NCBI GenBank assembly: GCA_030699125.1
Contig: JAUYKM010000009.1
Span: 6,358 to 70,357 of the forward strand
Origin: Candidatus Daviesbacteria bacterium
GTDB taxonomy: Bacteria > Patescibacteriota > Microgenomatia > Daviesbacterales > UBA10151
Direction of reading: 5' to 3'
DNA: 64,000 nucleotides
Both the position numbers and the translations under genes were made by a program. The notes beneath the pieces were generated by a model. It searched no databases, was not told the origin of the DNA, and saw nothing but the letters and a program-made list of their open reading frames with translations. Positions 56,654 to 64,000 of this stretch are shown here, piece by piece (position 1 is the stretch's first letter; each line of letters opens with the position of its first letter).

Positions 56654-58126
56654 TCAATAGTTTAAATAGCCTTGTTGGATAGATTGACCAATAAATTTTT
56701 CCCTATCTAGATTTTGCAAAGTCTCCTGCGGTGCAATTGGTAAACTGAAATAGAATTTAGAACCCTGATTGACCTCCGACTCCACCCAGATTCTGCCGCC
56801 CAACTTATCAATAATTGATTTAGAAATATATAAGCCCAATCCAGTACCTTTACTGGCCTGTTGAGACTTATTGGAAACCCGGAAAAATTTGGTAAAAAGA
56901 TGTGGAATGGCCTCTTTTGGAATACCAACGCCGGTATCCTCAACTGCTGTGACTACTTCAGTGGGCATAACTTTGATAGAGACATTGATCTTTCCACCAG
57001 CATTTGTATAGTTAATAGCATTAGCAATAAGATTATTGATAACCTCAGTAATCCTAATCTGGTCTGCAAATACTTTTGGCAGAGATTCTCGCGGCAGATT
57101 TAAAGTTAAAGAGATGTTTTTCTGTTTGGCCTGATTTTGTAAATCCTCTACTCCTTTTTGAATAATAGGGGTATAGTCAACAATTTCTTTAGAGACAAAA
57201 GTTTGCTCTCGTTCGATCTTATTAACGCTCAATAAATTTTCCACCAATGTATGTAACTGGCGCGCTGAGATAAGCGATCTCTCCAAAAGCTCCAATTCCT
57301 CCCGTAAAACTTTATTTTTATTTTCGTCTATAAAAACTGATAAATAACCGATAATATTGGTCAAGGGAGTTTTAAGCTCATGAGAAGCCATGGAAACAAA
57401 ATCAAATTTCATCTGCTCTAGCTCTTGTTCGCGGCTCAAATCATGCATAATTAATATGCAGTTTAGATTGGTTTGTATACCTTCTGCAATGGGCGCAGCA
57501 ATTAGATTAACTTTAACTTTATTTCCATCACTCCTGATCAGATTAAGGGTTTGGATGGTGTTTGTTTTACAGTAGAGACTGGGTGGTACCTCTTCAGTAT
57601 CAGAGAAAAGGTGAATAAATTGCTCAAGTGGTTTTCCCACCATCTGATCTTGAGATGCCCCAATCATATTTTCAGCCGCTTTATTTACCATAACGATATT
57701 TCTTGACATATCAATTGCTATAATGCCGTCAATAATTGAGGATAAGATGGTAATTAATTTACTCTTGTCAAAAGAAATAATATTTTTATCGTTTTCTAGG
57801 CTTTGGATGGCGTGAGATAGTTTTTCCGCCATTAAATTATAGGAGCGCGCCATCTCTTCAAATTCGTCTCCAGAACGCAAATCAATCCGCATATTTAAAT
57901 TGCCGCTGCTGAAGCTTTCTACTCCCTTCAATAAAGTATCCAATGGGCTTAGTAAAATGAAAAGACTGATAGCAGAAATTAAGGCCACCAGTGTTGCCAC
58001 TCCCACAGAGATAAGGGGATTTGTGGAAGCTGTCAAAATGGCCAAACCACTAGGCAGAAAAATTGCCATCAGAATAATTAAGATCAGTTTTATATGCAGA
58101 ATTCGGTTGTGTTTTTTTTCGGGCAT
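56654..58126 (-). CDS. sensor histidine kinase (TM-HAMP-PAS-HisKA-HATPase)
   Basis: SHELKTPL, NLIANAINY, DTGVGI and GTGLGL motifs. Confidence 0.95.
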   Translation of the reverse strand: MPEKKHNRILHIKLILIILMAIFLPSGLAILTASTNPLISVGVATLVALISAISLFILLSPLDTLLKGVESFSSGNLNMRIDLRSGDEFEEMARSYNLMAEKLSHAIQSLENDKNIISFDKSKLITILSSIIDGIIAIDMSRNIVMVNKAAENMIGASQDQMVGKPLEQFIHLFSDTEEVPPSLYCKTNTIQTLNLIRSDGNKVKVNLIAAPIAEGIQTNLNCILIMHDLSREQELEQMKFDFVSMASHELKTPLTNIIGYLSVFIDENKNKVLREELELLERSLISARQLHTLVENLLSVNKIEREQTFVSKEIVDYTPIIQKGVEDLQNQAKQKNISLTLNLPRESLPKVFADQIRITEVINNLIANAINYTNAGGKINVSIKVMPTEVVTAVEDTGVGIPKEAIPHLFTKFFRVSNKSQQASKGTGLGLYISKSIIDKLGGRIWVESEVNQGSKFYFSLPIAPQETLQNLDREKFIGQSIQQGYLNY

Positions 58127-58186
58127 TAGATCTAGCGTACCAGAAGCTTTATATCAGGGTCAAGAAATGTTAGAATTTAGCTTCAA

Positions 58187-58260
58187 GGCGCCATCGTCTA
58201 GTGGTCCAGGACATCAGGTTCTCATCCTGAAAATCGCGGGTTCAAGTCCCGCTGGCGCCG
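58187..58260 (+). tRNA. tRNA-Glu(CTC)
   Basis: Acceptor ggcgcca/tggcgcc, anticodon arm tcagg-ttCTCat-cctga, T-loop ttcaagt; CCA not encoded. Confidence 0.95.
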
Positions 58261-58313
58261 CAATTGACATGATGGATAATTTGAAATAGAATTGCTCAAC
58301 CCTGCTCAAGGAA

Positions 58314-58799
58314 ATGGTCAAACAAATAAAAAGAGCAAGTGCTAAAAGCGAATATTTAACTTCTAAAGGGCTATCTGAAGCCAGAACTGAGCTGGAGCAT
58401 TTAAAGAAAGTCAAAAGAGCGGAAATTGCTCAGAGAATCCAGACAGCCAGAGAATATGGGGATTTAACAGAAAATTCAGAATATGATGCGGCCATGGAAG
58501 AGCAAGCTTTGGTGGAAAACAGAATCTCCGAGCTTGAAGATATTTTAAAAAGTGTTAAAGTAATCTCGGAAAAACATGAGGCTGATTTTGTGGTGATTGG
58601 ATCAACAGTAAAGGTGGAAATGGATGGAGAGGTAGATGAATTTACCATTGTGGGAAGGGTGGAGGCAGATCCTTCCAAAAAGAGGATTTCCAATGAATCA
58701 CCGTTGGGTTCAGCTATATTGGGAGCTAGAAAAGGGGAAGAAGTTGAGGTAACAACACCAATTGTCAGGTATAAATGTAAAGTATTGGAAATAAAATAA
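58314..58799 (+). CDS. greA: transcription elongation factor GreA
   Basis: GDLTENSEYDAA and ISNESPLGSAILG motifs. Confidence 0.96.
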   Translation: MVKQIKRASAKSEYLTSKGLSEARTELEHLKKVKRAEIAQRIQTAREYGDLTENSEYDAAMEEQALVENRISELEDILKSVKVISEKHEADFVVIGSTVKVEMDGEVDEFTIVGRVEADPSKKRISNESPLGSAILGARKGEEVEVTTPIVRYKCKVLEIK

Positions 58800-58801
58800 A
58801 T

Positions 58802-60154
58802 ATGACATACAGAAAATTTATAATTGAGAAGAAATATTATCAAGAGCTTTCCATCTCGGAAAGACAAATCTTAAAGATTTTAGAAGAGGTAGTCAAGGAG
58901 GTAGGCGAGATATATAGACTTCAACTTAAAGATGGTTTTTATCCAAAAGATATTACCAAACAAGAGTTAGAGAAGGCTAATAAAAATAATCCAGAAATCC
59001 TATCCCCCTTCACCTATGTTAAAAGAGAAAATGGACAGCTTAAAGCGATCCCATACCATAAATTATATGAAGCAAAACTTAAACCCTTAGCAAGTAAAAT
59101 AGAAAAAGCTGCTGCATTTTGTGAAAATAGATTTTTCAAGAACTATCTTCTTGCAAGAGCGAAATCTTTACTTGATGGTAGTTATAGAGAAGCAGATATT
59201 ACTTGGCTAGATGTTAAAAATTCGAAGATAGATTTCAGTATTGGGCCGTTTGAAAGATATCTAGATAAAATACTTTTCATAAAGCGAGTATTCCAAGGAC
59301 ACGTTGGAATTATTAATAAAAATCTAACGATACAGGCGGAAAAGATCAAGGAAACTTTATATAGTAGTGCTAAATTAAGCTATGAAAAATATCATTCCAC
59401 CGATATTCCCAAAAAGGGAGTGAATGTTTTTGTTGAGCAGACGCCGGTAACAGCAGGATACATGTCTGATGTTGTCTTTTCGGGTGAACATTTCCCTTCT
59501 GATTTAGAGATCATGCAACAATATGGCTCCAGAATTTTAATTTATGAGTCACAATTAAAATATAAATTCGATAAACTTCACTATCCAATTTTTAAGATAC
59601 TTTTTGAGAGACGGTTTGCCTCAAAATATTCTAAGGAACTGCTTTATAAAGCCACTGGTTGGACCATTTTACTCTACGAATTGGGCAGGCAACTCCATAA
59701 ATTTTCCAGTGCCAGAGAAAGATTAAAGGAATTATATGGTCCAATTGATGAGGCCAATGGTTTTGCCTCGGGAATTCAACATGCGAAACACCTAGTCGTT
59801 AAAGGATTAATTTTACAAGATGAACTTGAGGCTATCATGATTATCCAAATAACTTGGATGTTTGTCGACTGGTTGCTTAATCTTAAGCAACAAAAAATGT
59901 TTAATTATGTTGCAGGTGATACCATTCTTCTTAATGCTTATCTTAAATCTGGTGCATTGAGAGAGTATGGTGGTATATCCTGGCCTAATTTCTCTAAAAT
60001 ATTCTTTGAAATCGAAGCAGTGGCGGATCAACTGGTTTATCTTCTTCAAAAGGGCAGCTTTAAAGAGGCAGAAAGATTCATTAAGAAACATACAACATTG
60101 GAAAATTTCGAAAGTTTGGGCAGAAATTTAAAATTGATAACCCCAAATATTTAA
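58802..60154 (+). CDS. peptidase M49/NUDT3-like zincin homolog with degenerate metal site
   Basis: FYPKDITK, IPYH, IGPFERYLD motifs; the HExxH position reads YELGR. Confidence 0.65.
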   Translation: MTYRKFIIEKKYYQELSISERQILKILEEVVKEVGEIYRLQLKDGFYPKDITKQELEKANKNNPEILSPFTYVKRENGQLKAIPYHKLYEAKLKPLASKIEKAAAFCENRFFKNYLLARAKSLLDGSYREADITWLDVKNSKIDFSIGPFERYLDKILFIKRVFQGHVGIINKNLTIQAEKIKETLYSSAKLSYEKYHSTDIPKKGVNVFVEQTPVTAGYMSDVVFSGEHFPSDLEIMQQYGSRILIYESQLKYKFDKLHYPIFKILFERRFASKYSKELLYKATGWTILLYELGRQLHKFSSARERLKELYGPIDEANGFASGIQHAKHLVVKGLILQDELEAIMIIQITWMFVDWLLNLKQQKMFNYVAGDTILLNAYLKSGALREYGGISWPNFSKIFFEIEAVADQLVYLLQKGSFKEAERFIKKHTTLENFESLGRNLKLITPNI

Positions 60155-60209
60155 ATTCTTTTCAGTTTATGCTAAAATAGACCTTTCCAAATAGGATAAG
60201 AGGAAAACT

Positions 60210-61574
60210 ATGATACAAGAACTATGTAGATCCTGCCCAGAAAAAACCTCAAGCGGGGTAGTTTTTTTTCCTGGAGTGCTGGAAGAGTTTCCGGGTGATT
60301 TAGGGGAAAAACATATGGCGGTACTGGAAAGTGTCCAGGCAGGTTTCCGAAGACAAAAACAAGTTGGATTTTATCCTCCTCAGATGAGCGAGGAAGAATG
60401 GCAGCGATCAGTTAGAGAAAATACTGATTTGGCTAAGAATAATACCTTAGTTAGAAGAAGCCTTTTAGGTAACAGCTTAACTGCAGTTTCCTATAGAGAT
60501 TTATTGAGAGAAAGTAGTTTTAGAGGAATATTTGATGAAATTGCCGAAGGATTGGTAGATGTAGGCAGAACAGCCCAATCCCTAAGCTTGCCTGATCATA
60601 GTTTGATTGCTAGAGAAGTTAGGGTACTGGCCGATGGTTTTAGGAGTGGGGATACTGATAAGGCAATGGAAGACTATTTAAACTTAAGGCGTCATCCAAA
60701 ATATGGAATTTGGGGTGGATTTTTGGACAGATTGAGTGATAGGGAACGGGCTTTAAAATTTGATTTACAAGCTTGGAGTACAGTTCAAAAGGATTCTTTA
60801 TCGCAAGATTTTAATACATGGATGAGGATAGTCCTTAGAGGTATGGGCAGATATCCAAATAGTGATATTATGATTGTTGATGCAGCCGGTTTTGCAGGGC
60901 TGGGAGCGGTAATGGAGTGGCAGGCTAATACTCAACCGTCACAGCCGGAAATAGGAGAAAGAGTTGGGTATCTGTTAAACTTTTTTGATAATGTTTCAGC
61001 CTACAAGACAAACAAAGATGTAAAGCCTAAATTAGAACAGATTGCTCCTGAGGAGGTTTTTGACAGATTTTCCCGAAACGGTCTTTTAGACAGAGTTAGA
61101 AGAGCAATTACAGCAGGTCACGAGGTGGGACATGCCGCTCATATGATTCCAGAAGGTGCTGATCTTAGGTTAGGTCGTTGGTATCAAGTTTTGAAGGAGA
61201 TGTATTCGGATGCATTTGAACTGTGGTCTGTGCTTAAATATCCAGAGATCGTTATATCAAGAACTCAACTACCATCAGCAGTTTATTTTGATTTGGCCTT
61301 TGACGAATCATCAATTGATAAACGTAGAAAAGAAGATGATATAACTGATCCATATCCATATGCTGCAGCCGCTAAAATTAATACCCTACTTAATGAGAGG
61401 GCAATTACAAGAAGCAGTGATGGTAAATACACCATAAGTGATTTAAATCAAATCCGGGAGGTGATGGATGCCTATCTTAAAGGCTTAGTTGAATTGACAA
61501 ATTATGCAAGTCAATCAGAGCTAGAAAATTTTATTTTGGAACACTCATCTTACCCGGTTGATTTCCTGCATTGA
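60210..61574 (+). CDS. divergent M49-like zinc metallopeptidase
   Basis: GFYPP, HEVGH (HExxH) and downstream KEMYSD. Confidence 0.6.
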   Translation: MIQELCRSCPEKTSSGVVFFPGVLEEFPGDLGEKHMAVLESVQAGFRRQKQVGFYPPQMSEEEWQRSVRENTDLAKNNTLVRRSLLGNSLTAVSYRDLLRESSFRGIFDEIAEGLVDVGRTAQSLSLPDHSLIAREVRVLADGFRSGDTDKAMEDYLNLRRHPKYGIWGGFLDRLSDRERALKFDLQAWSTVQKDSLSQDFNTWMRIVLRGMGRYPNSDIMIVDAAGFAGLGAVMEWQANTQPSQPEIGERVGYLLNFFDNVSAYKTNKDVKPKLEQIAPEEVFDRFSRNGLLDRVRRAITAGHEVGHAAHMIPEGADLRLGRWYQVLKEMYSDAFELWSVLKYPEIVISRTQLPSAVYFDLAFDESSIDKRRKEDDITDPYPYAAAAKINTLLNERAITRSSDGKYTISDLNQIREVMDAYLKGLVELTNYASQSELENFILEHSSYPVDFLH

Positions 61575-61605
61575 ACAATTTAGCTGATTCTCATATACTT
61601 TACCC

Positions 61606-63081
61606 ATGGCTTTGGAGAATTTACAAAAGGAAAGAATTAAGAAGTTAAGAAATATTAAGCGTTTGGGGATAAATCCGTATCCTGCTAAATCCAACCGCAA
61701 GCATACTATTTCCATTGCCCGGAAAATGATGGGTAAGAAAGTGGCTGTGGCCGGAAGGATTAGATCTTTAAGACCTCATGGCAAGATTACCTTTGCCGAC
61801 ATTGAAGATGCCTCAGGCAAAATCCAACTGCTTTTTAGACAAGATTCGTTAAAAGGCGAGAAATATGATTTTTTGTCGAATTTGGATCTTGGGGATTTTA
61901 TTGAATGTGGTGGGGAAATTATTAAGACTCAAGCTGGAGAGATTACGGTTGATATTGATAATTTTTCTCTTCTGAGTAAGTCTTTACGTCCCCTTCCTTC
62001 TTCCTGGTATGGACTAAAAGATGTTGAGGAAAGATACCGCAGAAGGTATGTAGACATGATTATGAATCCTGAGGTCCCCGGTATTTTGGAAAAAAGATCA
62101 AAAATTATTGCCGCCATCCGTGATTTCTTAATTAATAAAAAAAGTTACATAGAAGTTGAATCTCCTGTTTTGCAGCCAATTTACGGTGGGACTCGCGCCC
62201 GTCCTTTTAAAACTCATCACAACAGCCTAGATACTACCTTTTATTTAAGAATATCCAACGAACTTTATTTAAAAAGGTTAATTGTGGGGGGATTTGAGAA
62301 AGTTTTTGAAATTGGACATACCTTTAGAAATGAAGGGATGGATCGGATGCACAATCCGGAATTTACAATGCTCGAAACCATGGAAGCTTATGCGGATTAT
62401 ATGGATAATATGAATTTAATTGAAGAGATGTTTGAGTATGTGGCAAGAGAGGTTTTTAGAACAACTAAGTTAAACTATCAGGGAAAAAGTTTGGAATTTA
62501 AAAGGCCCTGGATTAGAGTCACTTTGACTGATTTGTTTAAAAAATATACCGGCGTTCATTTCTCTGAAATAGATACTTTGGAAAAAGCCACCTCCTTAGC
62601 TAAAAAATTAGGAGTGGAAATAAAGGATTATATGACTGATGGGGAAATCTTACTGGAAATATTTGAAAAAAAATGTACTGATCAGTTAATCCAACCGACA
62701 TTTATTTATGATTATCCGGCAGATTTTTATCCTTTGGCCAAAAGAAAGGAAGATAATTCAAAGTTGGTAGAGAGCTTTGATATATATGTGGCTGGGATGG
62801 AAATGGGAACTAATTATTCTGAGCAGAATGACCCTGAGGAATTAAGGAAAGCTTGGTTGGCAGAGAAAAAGAAAGCCAAAAAGGGCAATCCGGAAGCACA
62901 AAAACTGGATGAGGATTTTTTGCAGGCTTTAGAATATGGTATGCCGCCAACTTCCGGTATTGGTCCGGGGATAGATAGATGGATAATGGTCATGACAGAT
63001 TCTCCCACAATTTATGATGTGATAGCATTTCCTATGCTAAAACCCGAAAAGAAACCGCTTAGAATAAAGGTAAAAAATTAA
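61606..63081 (+). CDS. lysS: lysine--tRNA ligase (class II)
   Basis: YRRRYVD, LRISNELYLKRL, FRNEG..HNPEFT and YGMPPTSGIGPGIDR motifs. Confidence 0.97.
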   Translation: MALENLQKERIKKLRNIKRLGINPYPAKSNRKHTISIARKMMGKKVAVAGRIRSLRPHGKITFADIEDASGKIQLLFRQDSLKGEKYDFLSNLDLGDFIECGGEIIKTQAGEITVDIDNFSLLSKSLRPLPSSWYGLKDVEERYRRRYVDMIMNPEVPGILEKRSKIIAAIRDFLINKKSYIEVESPVLQPIYGGTRARPFKTHHNSLDTTFYLRISNELYLKRLIVGGFEKVFEIGHTFRNEGMDRMHNPEFTMLETMEAYADYMDNMNLIEEMFEYVAREVFRTTKLNYQGKSLEFKRPWIRVTLTDLFKKYTGVHFSEIDTLEKATSLAKKLGVEIKDYMTDGEILLEIFEKKCTDQLIQPTFIYDYPADFYPLAKRKEDNSKLVESFDIYVAGMEMGTNYSEQNDPEELRKAWLAEKKKAKKGNPEAQKLDEDFLQALEYGMPPTSGIGPGIDRWIMVMTDSPTIYDVIAFPMLKPEKKPLRIKVKN

Positions 63082-63116
63082 TGACTAAGGATGAAGCATA
63101 TAAATTAATTAGATTA

Positions 63117-63464
63117 TGTCATTCCTGCGAATGCAGGAATCCAATTAACAGATGTATTATTATGTCTATATTTTGGCAAGTGGAATAAATGGCACTTTGT
63201 ATATAGGTGTTACAGATAATTTAGTCAGAAGGGTTTGGGAACATAAACATGATTTGGTAGAAGGATTTACCAAAAAGTACGATATACATGATCTTGTATA
63301 TTATGGGCAACACCAAGACATTAATGAGGCCATTTTAAGAGAAAAACAAATGAAGAAGTGGAAAAGATATTGGAAAATAAAACTGATTAATAAGATGAAT
63401 CCAAAATGGAAAGATTTATATATTTCTATTGTTTAATTGGATCCCCGCCTACGCGGGGATGACA
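63117..63464 (+). mobile_element. hairpin-bracketed GIY-YIG cassette
   Basis: Left tgtcattcctgcgaatgcaggaatcca and right tggatccccgcctacgcggggatgaca enclose the nuclease gene. Confidence 0.75.
63152..63436 (+). CDS. small GIY-YIG nuclease family protein
   Basis: YYVYIL...LYIGVT..L.RR..EH, AILREKQMKKWKR and NPKWKDL motifs. Confidence 0.93.
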   Translation: MYYYVYILASGINGTLYIGVTDNLVRRVWEHKHDLVEGFTKKYDIHDLVYYGQHQDINEAILREKQMKKWKRYWKIKLINKMNPKWKDLYISIV

Positions 63465-63469
63465 GAAAT

Positions 63470-64000
63470 ATGAAGATTAATGATCTTAAAAAGATTTTAA
63501 AGGTATTTCTTACCTTGCAATGGGCCAAGGAGTTGCCCAGGCAGGGATTTATTGCCATGGGGTTTAAAAGAAATGAGGCGGATTCTGTGGCTGCCCATTC
63601 TTTTTCCACTGCCCTCCTAGCTTATTTTTTGGCCAAACAACTACAAAAAGAAGGAAAAAAAATAGATGCAGATAAAGTTCTAAAAATGGGACTTGTTCAC
63701 GATATTGGAGAAACAATAGTGGGGGATGTGGGCACTTTTGTTAAAGGGATGGCAGGAGGAGTATTTAAAAATATAGAAGAAGAGGGGGTAAAAGCTTTAG
63801 TGGATGAATTAGATTCCAAGGATGAGATTATCTCTTTAGTTTCAGAATATAACAGCAGAAAAACTTTAGAGGCAAGGGTGGTTAAGGTTGCAGATAATCT
63901 GGATGCTTTGGCTCAAGCCAAAGGTGTACCTGGGGCAAAAGATGCGTTAAAATATTTTAAGGAGGTCTATCACATTACCCGCTTTGACTGGCACAAAAGG
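63470..64000 (+). CDS. HD-domain hydrolase (YfbR/HDDC2-like), 3'-truncated
   Basis: LPRQG...DSVAAHSF...LVHDIGETIVGD...EARVVKVADNLD; not in ORF track because it runs off the window. Confidence 0.85.
   Translation, partial: MKINDLKKILKVFLTLQWAKELPRQGFIAMGFKRNEADSVAAHSFSTALLAYFLAKQLQKEGKKIDADKVLKMGLVHDIGETIVGDVGTFVKGMAGGVFKNIEEEGVKALVDELDSKDEIISLVSEYNSRKTLEARVVKVADNLDALAQAKGVPGAKDALKYFKEVYHITRFDWHKR

Noticed and set aside
57900-58414. ORFs 57900-58289 (+) and 58214-58414 (-)
   Set aside because: They overlap tRNA-Glu, the kinase and greA; shadow ORFs.
779-63008. Remaining short ORFs in the track nested in or antisense to long genes
   Set aside because: They lie within well-supported genes and show no independent motifs or start signals.

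Overview
AT-rich chromosomal window read with the standard bacterial code. Gene content suggests a Patescibacteria/CPR genome, probably Microgenomates (inference). It carries secD/secF, cca, recJ, archaeal-type aspS, gltX, lysS, a non-oxidative pentose-phosphate cluster, a CsoR copper cluster, a P-type ATPase, nrdR-nrdJ with a corrinoid adenosyltransferase, lon, hppA, a two-component pair, greA and two tRNAs. The main finding is at 7240-8757 (minus strand). Three tandem units each have a sigma70 promoter, an unannotated leader peptide rich in one amino acid (Phe MQNQRRNFNFFFTFA; Leu MINSSNILINLLNLDLLLGDLSGRSF; Ile MKNKSIQIIGIITSRKGGVLS), alternative antiterminator/terminator hairpins and small orphan ORFs. 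They look like ribosome-mediated amino-acid attenuators controlling unknown microproteins rather than biosynthetic operons. A second theme is a set of small palindromic elements: a GIY-YIG gene bracketed by hairpins, an empty nested copy, in-frame palindrome insertions in several housekeeping genes, and two RAYT-like transposases with flanking repeats. Also seen: apparently widespread leaderless transcription, a poly-G split gene, two adjacent disrupted genes and an active/dead M49-like peptidase pair. All calls are by eye; no database searches or folding programs were run.
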